From Roseovarius sp. (lineage in GTDB: Bacteria; Pseudomonadota; Alphaproteobacteria; Rhodobacterales; Rhodobacteraceae), in assembly GCA_034521935.1 (NCBI GenBank), contig JAXHLV010000006.1:251550-315549 (forward strand): 64,000 nt of DNA. Direction: 5' to 3'. The translations under genes and the position numbers were made by a program. Below the pieces are notes generated by a model. That model did no database searches. It was not told the origin of the DNA and saw only the letters and a list, made by a program, of their open reading frames with translations. Shown here one piece after another: positions 20,341 to 29,977 of the stretch (its first letter is position 1; each line of letters opens with the position of its first letter).

Positions 20341-22515
20341 TCAATCGTCGGTATGGGTGAGGGTGGGCACATCCGACGCCCCCGCCGAGCCGCGCCCCGA
20401 CAGCGACGGGTTTTCCATGAAGAAACGGTGACAGTTGAAGGCAAACGCGCCCTCGGGCCTCCGCTCGCGGACAAATGTGCCATCGGGCGCCATCACCCAG
20501 CTTTGCGCCACGTCGGCCATGTTGGCGGCCATGATCTGGCTGACGATCTGCGCCTTGACGGTTGGGTTGGTGGTCTCCACCAGCGTCTCCACCCGGCGGT
20601 TGAGGTTGCGCCCCATCCAGTCGGCGGACGAGATGAACACCCGCGCCTTTTTCGACGGCAGCCCCGCACCGTTGCCGAAACACACGATGCGCGAGTGTTC
20701 CAGGAACCGCCCGATGATGGATTTGACGCGGATATTGCTGCTCAGCCCCTTGATGCCGGGACGCAGCCCGCAGATGCCGCGCACCACCAGGTCGATCTTC
20801 ACCCCCGCCTCCGAGGCGGCGTAAAGCGCGTCGATCACGTCCGGCTCGACCACCGAATTCATCTTCGCCCAGATCGCGGCGGGTTTGCCCGCGCGGGCAT
20901 GATCCGCCTCGCGCCCGATCATCTCGAGCAGGCGCGGCTTGAGGAATTTCGGCGAGATCGAGATGTTCTCCAACCCCTCCGGCTCGGCATAGCCCGACAG
21001 GAAGTTGAACACCTTGGTGGCATCCCGCCCCAGCTTGGCGTCGCAGGTGAAAAAGCTCAGGTCGGTATAGATGCGCGCGGTGATGGGATGGTAATTGCCG
21101 GTGCCGTAATGGGTATAGGTCACGAGGCTGTCGCCCTCGCGCCGCACCACGGTGGAAATCTTGGCATGGGTCTTGAGGTCGAGAAACCCGTAGACCACAT
21201 GCGCCCCCGACCGTTCCAGCCGCCGTGACTGCCGGATATTGGCGGCCTCGTCAAAGCGGGCCTTCAATTCCACCAGCGCGGTGACGGATTTGCCCTCCTC
21301 GGCGGCCTCGCACAGCGCCTCGACGATGGGCGAATTGTGCGACGTGCGATAAAGCGTCTGCTTGATCGCCAGCACATCCGGGTCGCGCGCCGCCTGTTGC
21401 AGGTAGCGCACCACCATGTCGAAGGTCTCGTAGGGGTGGTGCAGCAGCATGTCCTTTTGCCGGATCGCGTCGAACATGTCGCCGCCGTGGTCCTGCACCC
21501 GCTCGGGCACGCGCGGGGTGAAAGGCGGCCACAAAAGGTCGGGCCGCGCGTCGAGCACCAGTTCCTTGAGATCGGCCAGCCCGATCATGCCCTCGACCTC
21601 GACCACCTCGTCGGGGATGACGTGCAGCTCCTTCATGATGACCTCGCGCAGCGCCTCCGGCGCGCCCGCCGAGATTTTCATGCGCACCACCTCGCCCCGG
21701 CGGCGGCGCTTCAGGGCCACCTCGAATTCGCGCACCAGGTCCTCGGCCTCTTCCTCGACCTCCAGATCGCTGTCGCGCAGCACGCGAAACGCGCAATGCC
21801 CCTTGTAGCGATAGCCCGGAAACAGGCTGTCGAGGTGCAAGAGCAGCAACTCCTCGAGCGGCAGCACCCGATGCGCGCCCTCGGGGGCGGGCAGGGCGAC
21901 GAACCGGTCGATCTGTTGCGGAATGGGCAACAGCGCCTGAAGCGGCCGCTTGTCCGAGATGCGCGACAGTTGCAGCGCCAGCACGTAGCCCAGGTTGGGG
22001 ATGAACGGGAACGGGTGCGCCGGGTCGATGGCCAGCGGCGACAGCACCGGGAATACCTTGTGCAGGAACATCTCGGCGAGATACGCGCGGTCCGACTCGT
22101 CGAGAGCCTCATGGGTGAGGATCGAGATGCCCTCGCCCTCCATCTCGGTGCGCAGTGTCTGATAGGTCTGTTGCTGCGAGTCCAGAAGGCGGCGGGCGTT
22201 CTCGTTGATAAGAACGAGCTGTTCGGCGGGCGACAGGCCATCGGCGGCGGGCGTTGTGTTGCCGGCCTTGGCCAGCTCGCGCAGGCCGGCCACGCGCACG
22301 TTGTAGAACTCGTCCAGGTTGGTGGCCGAGATCGACAGGAACCGCAGCCGCTCCAGCAGCGGCACGCGGGCGTTCTGCGCCTCCTCCAGCACGCGCCAGT
22401 TGAAGCCGAGCCAGCTCAGCTCGCGGTTGAAGAACCGCCCCGGCCCGGTGAGGTCGAGATCGGGGAGCTCCACCGGCTCGGGGGCACTGTGCTTGAGAAA
22501 ATCTGCCTGTGTCAT
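20341..22515 (-). CDS. ppk: Polyphosphate kinase 1
   Basis: FFNRELSWL.FN.RVL, LLHHPYE, ELKARFDE, KTHAK, GRFLEHSR, SADWM.RN. Confidence 0.95.
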   Translation of the reverse strand: MTQADFLKHSAPEPVELPDLDLTGPGRFFNRELSWLGFNWRVLEEAQNARVPLLERLRFLSISATNLDEFYNVRVAGLRELAKAGNTTPAADGLSPAEQLVLINENARRLLDSQQQTYQTLRTEMEGEGISILTHEALDESDRAYLAEMFLHKVFPVLSPLAIDPAHPFPFIPNLGYVLALQLSRISDKRPLQALLPIPQQIDRFVALPAPEGAHRVLPLEELLLLHLDSLFPGYRYKGHCAFRVLRDSDLEVEEEAEDLVREFEVALKRRRRGEVVRMKISAGAPEALREVIMKELHVIPDEVVEVEGMIGLADLKELVLDARPDLLWPPFTPRVPERVQDHGGDMFDAIRQKDMLLHHPYETFDMVVRYLQQAARDPDVLAIKQTLYRTSHNSPIVEALCEAAEEGKSVTALVELKARFDEAANIRQSRRLERSGAHVVYGFLDLKTHAKISTVVRREGDSLVTYTHYGTGNYHPITARIYTDLSFFTCDAKLGRDATKVFNFLSGYAEPEGLENISISPKFLKPRLLEMIGREADHARAGKPAAIWAKMNSVVEPDVIDALYAASEAGVKIDLVVRGICGLRPGIKGLSSNIRVKSIIGRFLEHSRIVCFGNGAGLPSKKARVFISSADWMGRNLNRRVETLVETTNPTVKAQIVSQIMAANMADVAQSWVMAPDGTFVRERRPEGAFAFNCHRFFMENPSLSGRGSAGASDVPTLTHTDD

Positions 22516-22537
22516 GCGGGCCTTATGTTGGCGAACT

Positions 22538-22555
22538 GTAACGGGTGGATGACGG
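22538..22555 (-). promoter_or_regulatory. Putative Pho box upstream of ppk
   Basis: Minus strand CCGTCAT-CCAC-CCGTTAC resembles CTGTCAT-N4-CTGTCAT. Confidence 0.55.
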
Positions 22556-22564
22556 ATGATGGCG

Positions 22565-23242
22565 TCAGGTCGCGCGATTGTCCAGCACCTCGGCGGCCAG
22601 TGCCCGCGTGATCGCGCGCCCCGAGGCCAGCGCGCGGGCATCAAGGGCCGCGACGGTCTCGCGGGCGGCGTCGAACGTGCGTTCGATGCGCCGGGCGAGA
22701 TAGGGCACGCAGTCGGGGGCGGGGGCAAGCTGACGGTCGGCAAACAGCTTCGCCAGCACCGCCGCCAGCAGCGCATCGTCGGGCGGGCCAAGCTGCGCCA
22801 GCATCGCGGCCTCCATCCGGCTCGCCAGATCGGGCAGCGCGAGGCCCCAGCGCCGGGGCGGCGCGGCGGCTGTCACCAGCAGCGCGTGGCCCTCGGCCAG
22901 CACCAGGTTGTGCAGGTGGAAAAGCGCCGCCTCCGCCCCGGCCTGCCCGGCGATCCGCTCGGCATCCTCGACGGCCACCGGCCCGGTGGCGAGCATTGCG
23001 ATATCGGCCCCGCCGAGGTCTTGCGCGTCAACGGTCCGCGCCCCCGCCAGCCCCGCCCAGACATGCGCCAGATGCGTCTTGCCCGCGCCGCGCGGTCCCG
23101 CCAGCACCATCTTGCGCGCGGGCCAGTCGCGCCATCCCTCGATCAGCGCCACCGCCTGCGCATTGGCCGTCGAGACAAAGAAATCCTCGCGCCCCAGCGC
23201 GGGCCGCACCGGCAGATCGAAACTGAGCTGCCGCGCGCTCAT
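22565..23242 (-). CDS. hda: HdaA/DnaA-family regulatory inactivator
   Basis: N-terminal QLSFDL clamp-binding motif, GPRGAGKTHL, LFHLHN, LPDLASR. Confidence 0.85.
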   Translation of the reverse strand: MSARQLSFDLPVRPALGREDFFVSTANAQAVALIEGWRDWPARKMVLAGPRGAGKTHLAHVWAGLAGARTVDAQDLGGADIAMLATGPVAVEDAERIAGQAGAEAALFHLHNLVLAEGHALLVTAAAPPRRWGLALPDLASRMEAAMLAQLGPPDDALLAAVLAKLFADRQLAPAPDCVPYLARRIERTFDAARETVAALDARALASGRAITRALAAEVLDNRAT

Positions 23243-24303
23243 TCCCCGCGCCCGTCCAGCCCGCGATACAGCCGCCCCTTCTGGTATTCGGCGATCGCGA
23301 ACCGCGCGATCACGCCCAAGGCGGCGGCCACCGGCACCGCCACCAGCATCCCCACGAACCCGAAAAGCGTGCCGAACGCCGACAGCGCGAAGATGAGCCA
23401 CACCGGGTGCAGCCCCACCGACGAGCCGACCATGCGCGGGGTGAGGAAATTGCCCTCGAACACCTGCCCCGAGACAAAGATCGCCGCCACCAGCGCGATG
23501 CTCAGCCAGTCGCCCCAGAACTGAAACAGCGCCAGCCCCAGCGCCAGCGCCCCGCCAAGGATCGCGCCGACGTAAGGGATGAAGGTCACCAGCCCCGCCA
23601 GCGCCCCCACCACGAGGCCGAACTGCAGCCCCACCAGCATCAGCGCCACCGCGTAATAGGTGCCGAGGATCACGCAGACCATGCCCATGCCACGGATGAA
23701 ACTCGCCAGCGTCGCGTCGATCTCGCCCGCCAGCCGCCGGATGATCGGCGCGTGATCGCGCGGCAACAGGTGGTCGATCCGCGCGATCATGCGATCCCAG
23801 TCATAAAGCAGGTAGACCGCCACCACCGGTGCCACCACCAGCAGCACCACGATGTTGAGGAGCGACGCCGCCGAGCTGAGCGCCGTCTGCAATATCTGCA
23901 CGCCCCGCTCGCGGATCGTCTCGGCCACCGATTGCAACGCCTGATGCAGCGTCGATTCCGGCTCGTAGAGCGACGGCAGGTGCCGCCCGAGGAACGCCTG
24001 CAAATCCTGCGCAAGCTGCGGCGCGATCTCGAACAGCGCGATCGCCTGCGCGATGATCGACGGGATGATGAGCACCGCCACGATCACCAGCACCAGCACC
24101 GCCGCCGCGCTGATCGCGGCCACCGCCAGCGCCCGGCTCAGCCCCAGCCGCTCCAGCCGGTCGGCCACGGGGTCGAGGAAATACGCCACCGCCGCGCCCA
24201 GCACGAAGGGCAGGATCACGTCGCCCAGGAACCACAGCACGGCGAATGTCGCCGCCGCCGCGATACCCCAGTAAGTCACCTGTTCCCTGACCGGCAATTC
24301 CAT
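23239..24303 (-). CDS. AI-2E family transporter (PerM-like)
   Basis: AYFLDP..DRL, FIPYVG, EGNFLTP..VG..VGLHP. Confidence 0.88.
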   Translation of the reverse strand: MELPVREQVTYWGIAAAATFAVLWFLGDVILPFVLGAAVAYFLDPVADRLERLGLSRALAVAAISAAAVLVLVIVAVLIIPSIIAQAIALFEIAPQLAQDLQAFLGRHLPSLYEPESTLHQALQSVAETIRERGVQILQTALSSAASLLNIVVLLVVAPVVAVYLLYDWDRMIARIDHLLPRDHAPIIRRLAGEIDATLASFIRGMGMVCVILGTYYAVALMLVGLQFGLVVGALAGLVTFIPYVGAILGGALALGLALFQFWGDWLSIALVAAIFVSGQVFEGNFLTPRMVGSSVGLHPVWLIFALSAFGTLFGFVGMLVAVPVAAALGVIARFAIAEYQKGRLYRGLDGRGE

Positions 24304-24473
24304 CCGCGCCCCTTCGCTCGCCCGCGCCTACATCGCCGCTCTCGCCTGCGGTTTCAAGAGCGGTCATCCCGGCGGCCCGGACCCGGGCGGGACGGGGCAG
24401 GCGTTGTGCCCGGCCTGTAGCGGACGGTTGCGGCCTGTCGATGGCGCGGCTCCTCAACGTTCCCCCCACCGCC

Positions 24474-24672
24474 ATCACCCCGCCAAGCATGATCGGCAGG
24501 GTTTCACCCGTGCGGGTAAAGCGTCTTCCAGCCCTGACGCAGGGCCTCAAGGGCGGCAAGGGGGGCAAGCAGATCGGGCGTGGTCATGGCGATCCCCGAA
24601 GCTTCGTTCGCAGATCGGAGACTCACGTATCGACGCCGACAGGACTCCCCGACGGCTTCAAGCGATTGCCGT
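24474..24672 (-). mobile_element. ISAs1-derived left-end fragment
   Basis: About 200 bp similar to 29321-29522; terminal ttcaagcgattgccgt; encodes a degenerate MTTPDLL..LE..RQ.WK.LYP. Confidence 0.75.
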
Positions 24673-24690
24673 TGGGGCGCGCGCGGATGG

Positions 24691-24718
24691 TTGACAGCGC
24701 GCGGGCGGCGTATATAAG
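24691..24718 (+). promoter_or_regulatory. Sigma70-type promoter of rpsD
   Basis: TTGACA-N16-TATAAG. Confidence 0.65.
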
Positions 24719-24856
24719 CGCGGTTCCATTGGTGTTGGTGGCCCCCGCGAGGGGATGCCTGTCGGCGGACCGGACACAGCCCGGAAAGCAGAGGACAACG
24801 CCCTTTAACAACGGCACGAGGCCGACCCCGATACCCGATCCGCCTGTCGGGCTGAG

Positions 24857-24903
24857 ACGCGATTTCAGCCCGAAAAGTGGGAACCGGTTTTCGGGTCACG
24901 CTG
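24857..24903. repeat. RIME-like partial palindrome in the rpsD leader
   Basis: cccgaaaagtgggaaccggttttcggg, the same core as the repeats at 801 and 49213 in reverse orientation. Confidence 0.6.
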
Positions 24904-24929
24904 AAAGGCCAACATAAAGGAGATCAGCC

Positions 24930-25550
24930 GTGACCAAACGCACCGCTGCCAAATACAAGATCGACCGCCGCATGGGCGAAAACATCTGGGGACGCCCCAA
25001 ATCGCCGGTCAACCGCCGCGAATACGGCCCCGGCCAGCACGGTCAGCGCCGCAAGCAGAAGATGTCGGATTTCGGCCTGCAACTGCGCGCCAAGCAGAAG
25101 CTCAAGGGCTATTACGGCGACCTCACCGAAAAGCAGTTCCGCCGCATCTATGCCGAGGCCGAGCGCGTGCGCGGCGATACCGGCGAGCTTCTGATCGGTC
25201 TGCTGGAGCGGCGTCTCGACGCGGTCGTCTATCGCGCCAAGTTCGTGCCCACCATCTTTGCCGCGCGGCAATTCGTGAACCACGGTCATGTCATGGTGAA
25301 TGGCAAGCGGGTCAATATCCCCTCCTACCGGGTCAAGGAAGGCGACGTGATCGAGGTGCGCGAGAAATCGAAGCAGCTTGTGGCGGTGCTCGAGGCGGTG
25401 CAGCTTTCCGAGCGCGACGTGCCCGATTACATCGACGCCGACCATTCCAAGATGGTGGCCACCTTCACGCGCACCCCGGCGCTCGGGGATGTGCCCTACC
25501 CGGTTATGATGGAGCCCAACCTCGTCATCGAATATTACGCGCAGCACTGA
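24930..25550 (+). CDS. rpsD: 30S ribosomal protein S4
   Basis: [38 protein letters not shown]; AAGGAG RBS with GTG start. Confidence 0.97.
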   Translation: MTKRTAAKYKIDRRMGENIWGRPKSPVNRREYGPGQHGQRRKQKMSDFGLQLRAKQKLKGYYGDLTEKQFRRIYAEAERVRGDTGELLIGLLERRLDAVVYRAKFVPTIFAARQFVNHGHVMVNGKRVNIPSYRVKEGDVIEVREKSKQLVAVLEAVQLSERDVPDYIDADHSKMVATFTRTPALGDVPYPVMMEPNLVIEYYAQH

Positions 25551-25570
25551 TCGCGCCAAAGCCGGAACAC

Positions 25571-25603
25571 GGGCCGCGACGGGAAACCGCCGCGGCCTTT
25601 TTC
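25571..25603 (+). terminator. Rho-independent terminator after rpsD
   Basis: ggccgcg.cgg-gaaa-ccg.cgcggcc followed by a T-run. Confidence 0.8.
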
Positions 25604-25661
25604 GTTCTGGTCAAGCGCGGGTGCCAAAGCTAGAACCCTGCCAAAGGACAAGGGGACCGGG

Positions 25662-26747
25662 ATGACGAGGATCGCGCCGCAGCCGGGGATCATGGATATC
25701 GCGCCCTATCAGGGCGGGGCGAGCCGTGTTGCGGGGGTGAGCGACGTGGTCAAGCTCAGCTCCAACGAAAACCCGTTCGGCCCGCCAGAGGCCGCCCGCG
25801 AGGCATTCCGCCGCACGGCGCATGATCTGCACCGCTACCCGTCCAGCGATCACGGCGCGCTGCGTGCCGCGATCGGCAAGGCTCACGGGCTCGATCCCGC
25901 GCGCATCGTCTGCGGGGTGGGCAGCGACGAGATTTTGCACCTGCTGTGCCAGGCCTATGCCGGGCCGGGTGACGAGGTGATCCATACCGAGCACGGCTTC
26001 GCCATCTACCGCATCGGCGCGCTGGCGGCGGGGGCCACGCCGGTGGAGGTGCCCGAGGCGGGGCGCACCACCGATGTGGATGCGATCCTCGCGGCCTGCA
26101 CCCCGGCCACGCGGCTGGTGTTCATCGCCAACCCCAACAACCCCACCGGCACGATGATCGGCGCCGGGGAGGTGCAGCGGCTGGCTGACGGCATTCCCGA
26201 AACGGCGCTTCTGGTGCTCGACGGGGCCTATGCCGAGTATGTCGAGGGCTATGACGCCGGGTCTGCGCTGGTGGAGGCGCGCGACAACGTGGTGATGACC
26301 CGCACGTTTTCCAAGATTTACGGGCTTGGCGGGCTGCGCGTGGGCTGGGGCTATGCGCCGGACCATGTGATCGACGTGCTGGGCCGCATCCGCGGGCCGT
26401 TCAACCTGTCGTCGCCCGCGCTCGCCGCCGCCGAGGCGGCGGTGCGCGAGACCGCGTGGGTCGCGCGCTGCCGCGACGAGAATACGCGCCTGCGCGGCTG
26501 GCTGGCCGAGGCGCTCGCGGCGCAGGGGGTGCCCTCGGATCCAAGCCACGGCAATTTCATCCTGGCGCGCTTCGGCAGCCCGGAAGAGGCGGCGGCCTGC
26601 GACGATTACCTGAAATCCCAAGGTCTTATCGTGCGGCGGGTGGCGGGCTATAACCTGCCCGACTGTCTGCGCATCACCGTGGGTGACGAACGCGCCTGCC
26701 GCCGCATCGCCCATGCCGTGGCGCAGTTCAAGGGCGGTGCGCGATGA
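25662..26747 (+). CDS. hisC: Histidinol-phosphate aminotransferase
   Basis: [30 protein letters not shown]. Confidence 0.93.
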   Translation: MTRIAPQPGIMDIAPYQGGASRVAGVSDVVKLSSNENPFGPPEAAREAFRRTAHDLHRYPSSDHGALRAAIGKAHGLDPARIVCGVGSDEILHLLCQAYAGPGDEVIHTEHGFAIYRIGALAAGATPVEVPEAGRTTDVDAILAACTPATRLVFIANPNNPTGTMIGAGEVQRLADGIPETALLVLDGAYAEYVEGYDAGSALVEARDNVVMTRTFSKIYGLGGLRVGWGYAPDHVIDVLGRIRGPFNLSSPALAAAEAAVRETAWVARCRDENTRLRGWLAEALAAQGVPSDPSHGNFILARFGSPEEAAACDDYLKSQGLIVRRVAGYNLPDCLRITVGDERACRRIAHAVAQFKGGAR

Positions 26748-27661
26748 GCGTGATCTATGATCGCGTGGCGCTGATCGGGCTGGGGCTGATTGCCTCGTCG
26801 ATGTGGCACGCCATGCGGCGCGCGGGCGTGGCGCGCGAGGTGACGGGCTATGCCCGCAGCCCCGAGACCCGCGACATCGCGCGCGAGATCGGGCTTTGCG
26901 ACCGGGTCTGCGACAGCGCCGCCGAGGCCTGCGAGGGGGCCGATCTGGTGGTGCTTTGCGTGCCGGTGGGGGTGATGGGGTCCGTGGCGGCCGAGATCGC
27001 CCCGGCCCTGAAACCCGGTGCCACGCTCAGCGACGTGGGCTCGGTCAAGCGCGCGGTGATCGAGGCGGTGGCGCCGCACCTGCCCGAGGGGGTGCATTTC
27101 GTGCCCGCCCATCCGCTTGCGGGCACCGAGCATTCCGGGCCGCGGTCGGGCTTTGCCGAGTTGTTCGACAACCGCTGGTGCCTCATCGTGCCGCAGGCGG
27201 GCAGCGACCGTGCGGCGGTCACAAGGCTCGAGGCGTTCTGGCAGGCGCTGGGCAGCCATACCGACGAGATGGATGCCGAGCATCACGACCTCGTGCTGGC
27301 GGTGACCAGCCACGCGCCGCATCTCATCGCCTACACGATGGTGGGCGTGGCCGACGATCTGCGCCGCGTCACCGACAGCGAGGTCATCAAGTATTCCGCC
27401 GCCGGGTTCCGCGATTTCACCCGCATCGCGGCCTCCGACCCGACCATGTGGCGCGACGTGTTCCTGAACAACCGCGAGGCGACGCTGGAAATCCTCGGCC
27501 GCTTCACCGAGGAGCTGTTCGCGCTGCAACGCGCCATCCGCACCGGCGACGGCGACCACCTGCACGCCTATTTCACCCGCACCCGCGATATCCGCCGCGG
27601 CATCATCGAGGCCGGGCAGGACACCGACGCCCCCGATTTCGGCCGGGGAAAAAAGCCTTGA
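26744..27661 (+). CDS. tyrA: Prephenate/arogenate (cyclohexadienyl) dehydrogenase
   Basis: [41 protein letters not shown]. Confidence 0.9.
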   Translation: MSVIYDRVALIGLGLIASSMWHAMRRAGVAREVTGYARSPETRDIAREIGLCDRVCDSAAEACEGADLVVLCVPVGVMGSVAAEIAPALKPGATLSDVGSVKRAVIEAVAPHLPEGVHFVPAHPLAGTEHSGPRSGFAELFDNRWCLIVPQAGSDRAAVTRLEAFWQALGSHTDEMDAEHHDLVLAVTSHAPHLIAYTMVGVADDLRRVTDSEVIKYSAAGFRDFTRIAASDPTMWRDVFLNNREATLEILGRFTEELFALQRAIRTGDGDHLHAYFTRTRDIRRGIIEAGQDTDAPDFGRGKKP

Positions 27662-28266
27662 GGCGCTCGGGCATCTTCATGGCGCTGGTGCTGAGCCTTG
27701 CCGCCACCGGTTGCGGGCGTGGCGGAGACAGCGTGACGCGCGGCGGCGGGCTGTGCGGCGATCCGGGGCTTGAGGGCACATTGTCGGGGCTGGTTGCCGA
27801 CCCGGTGAGCGGCTGCGGGATCGACGATGCCGTGCGGCTCACATCGGTTCACGGGGTGCGGCTGAGCCAGCCCGCGACGCTCGATTGCCGCACCGCGCGC
27901 ACGCTCGGGGACTGGGTCGAGCAAAGCGCGAGGCCCGAGGTGGGCCGTATGGGCGGCGGCCTGAGCGGTCTGCGGGTGGCGGCGCATTACGTCTGCCGCA
28001 CGCGCAACCATCAGCGCGGCACGCGCATCTCCGAGCATGGCAAGGGCCGCGCCATCGACATCTCGGCGCTGCAACTGCGCGACGGGTCGGAGATTTCGGT
28101 GCTCGGGGATTGGGGACAGGGGCCTAATGGGCGCGTGCTGCGCCGCGTCCACCGGCAGGCGTGCGGGCCGTTCGGCACGGTGCTTGGCCCCGGCTCGGAC
28201 GGGTTCCACCAAGATCACCTGCATTTCGACACGGCCCGCCATCGCGGCGGGGCCTATTGCCGCTGA
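27658..28266 (+). CDS. Extensin-like family lipoprotein (peptidase M15-like C-terminus)
   Basis: Lipobox-like ATGC, Y.CR, SEHGKGRAIDI, AC..FGTVLGP, H.DHLHFD. Confidence 0.75.
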   Translation: MRRSGIFMALVLSLAATGCGRGGDSVTRGGGLCGDPGLEGTLSGLVADPVSGCGIDDAVRLTSVHGVRLSQPATLDCRTARTLGDWVEQSARPEVGRMGGGLSGLRVAAHYVCRTRNHQRGTRISEHGKGRAIDISALQLRDGSEISVLGDWGQGPNGRVLRRVHRQACGPFGTVLGPGSDGFHQDHLHFDTARHRGGAYCR

Positions 28267-28317
28267 GCGCCCCGGGCATTTTGTCGCCATGTTACGGTGC
28301 GGCGCGACCCGGCCCTT

Positions 28318-28332
28318 GTAATCCTCTGTTAA
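28318..28332. promoter_or_regulatory. Possible CtrA box (GTAA-N7-TTAA)
   Basis: One mismatch to the consensus, about 40 bp upstream of the small membrane protein gene. Confidence 0.35.
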
Positions 28333-28370
28333 GGGCGTAGCTCTAGAGTGCAAGCAACGGAGGCCCGCCC

Positions 28371-28703
28371 ATGCCCAAGCTCATCAAGCTCTACATCACG
28401 CATGTCGCCATCGGATTTGGCATCGCGGCTGTATTCGTGGCGCTCTTGCTGTGGTTCAACATCGCCAATCTGTGGCACCTCGTCAGCCATACCAGCGACG
28501 GCCCCCTTGCGGTGCTGATCCTGTGGGTGGCCAATGGCATCGTCTTTGCCGGTGTGCAATTCGCCATCGCCGTGATGCGGATGAAAGACGACGATGACGA
28601 CGATCATCATGGCGGGTTGCGGCAGCATGTCATGCGCCACGACTATTCGGCCATTCCCGTACGCGCGGACGAGTCGCGGCAACCGTTCCGGTCACGGCGC
28701 TGA
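28371..28703 (+). CDS. Conserved hypothetical two-TM membrane protein
   Basis: GGAGG RBS, MPKLIKLYI, two hydrophobic helices, poly-Asp linker. Confidence 0.75.
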   Translation: MPKLIKLYITHVAIGFGIAAVFVALLLWFNIANLWHLVSHTSDGPLAVLILWVANGIVFAGVQFAIAVMRMKDDDDDDHHGGLRQHVMRHDYSAIPVRADESRQPFRSRR

Positions 28704-28731
28704 TCCGCGACGACCCTCGCCCCATCCATGA

Positions 28732-28758
28732 CAAAGGCCTCTGCGGGGGCCTTTTTCT
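28732..28758. terminator. Bidirectional terminator
   Basis: aaaggcctc-tgcg-ggggcctttttt. Confidence 0.75.
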
Positions 28759-28793
28759 TGCGGCGGATGCGCTTGCTTGACAGGGGAATTGGT

Positions 28794-28956
28794 GTGACGG
28801 GCCCGCACGCAACCGTTTGGTTTACGCATTCCCGAGAGCCTGTGAGTACAGGTGGGCGCCGGTTAACCGGACCACGGCCCGGACAGAGCCAGCTCCCTCG
28901 GAAAAGATTAAGGCCACTGGAATGTAACCGATCACGGGAAGGGCAGCACCCGCCAC
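28794..28956 (-). ncRNA. ssrS: 6S RNA
   Basis: Minus strand carries alphaproteobacterial 6S motifs (GGCCTTAAT..GAGGGAGCTG..CGGCGCCCACCTG); the 5' GUGGCGGGU pairs with the 3' GCCCGUCAC; upstream TTGTCG-N17-TAAGTA. Confidence 0.8.
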
Positions 28957-29009
28957 GCCCCTTACTTAGCCCTTCGCGGGGCATACGACAAGGGGCGGCT
29001 CAGCCGTCC

Positions 29010-29522
29010 CACGGAAATCGCCTGAAGGGATCATGGGTGGCCGGTGATGGCTGAGAACAGATAGGTATCATCCCAAGCGGCCGGTTTTTTCGGTTTTCCA
29101 GGCCGAGTTTGCCTTTGGTCTTCTTGAATATATTGAGGGCGGCATGACGGATGAGATCCATCCTGGCCGGCCCCTGGTTGGTGCGCAGGTGCATCAGGTC
29201 GTCGTGAAACACCACGTCCATAACCCGGTGCAGGCGGTTCCCGACGCCCCGATGGGCGCCGTTGTCCGCCGTCGCAGCCAGGCCCGCCTGGCATCTGCCC
29301 CGGAGCGGAATTTCGACGAAATCACCCCCCGCCAAGCACGATCCGCAGGGCTTCACCCGTGCGTGTAAAGCGTCTTCCAGCCCTGACGCGGGTCTTCAAG
29401 AGCGGCAAAGTGGTCAAGCAGATCGGGCGTGGTCATGGCCACCCCCGAAGCTTCGTTCGCAGATCGGAGACCCACATACCGACGCCGACAGGACTCCCCG
29501 ACGGCTTCAAGCGATTGCCGTG
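29010..29522 (-). mobile_element. Internally deleted ISAs1-family element (MITE-like, about 513 bp)
   Basis: Imperfect 17-bp inverted repeats cacggaaatcgcctgaa / ttcaagcgattgccgtg; transposase N-terminus (LLDHFAALEDPRQ) joined to C-terminus (NRLH.VMDVVFHDD..RT). Confidence 0.8.
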
Positions 29523-29610
29523 CGGCGGCGGGATTTCTCCTTTTACCTTTACGCGGTCCCGGCATCTTCATATTAGTTATGCTGGTTGTGCAGCTTTGGG
29601 GTTGGATGGC

Positions 29611-29910
29611 ATGGATCGGCGGTCAGGCATTCGTGCGGTCGCTCTCGGGGCGGCACTTGTGGGGGCAGTCATGGCGCAAGCATCTGAAAACGCAGGCGCA
29701 AACACCATCACACTCGAGGGCCGGGTTGTCGGTCCCGGCGTGACCTGCGTGCAGTTCCGCACCGACGGTGGCATCACCATCAGCCTTGAGAATGCCCCGC
29801 GACAGATATTTCGCGACGGGCAGCGGTTTCGCGTGACGGGTGCGTGGGCGCCACGCTCGCGCTGTATGCAGGGCCGCGCCTTCGCGGTCCGCGAGCACGA
29901 GGAATTATGA
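29611..29910 (+). CDS. Small secreted hypothetical protein (DUF5818-like, two Cys)
   Basis: Signal-like N-terminus, LEGRV..GV.C..FRTD.G and V.G.....S.CMQG. Confidence 0.55.
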   Translation: MDRRSGIRAVALGAALVGAVMAQASENAGANTITLEGRVVGPGVTCVQFRTDGGITISLENAPRQIFRDGQRFRVTGAWAPRSRCMQGRAFAVREHEEL

Positions 29911-29977
29911 TTATATTGCAGTGAGTTAATGGATTTGGGCGGCGTCCGTGCCCGCGTTGAGAAGGAAACAGATCACC

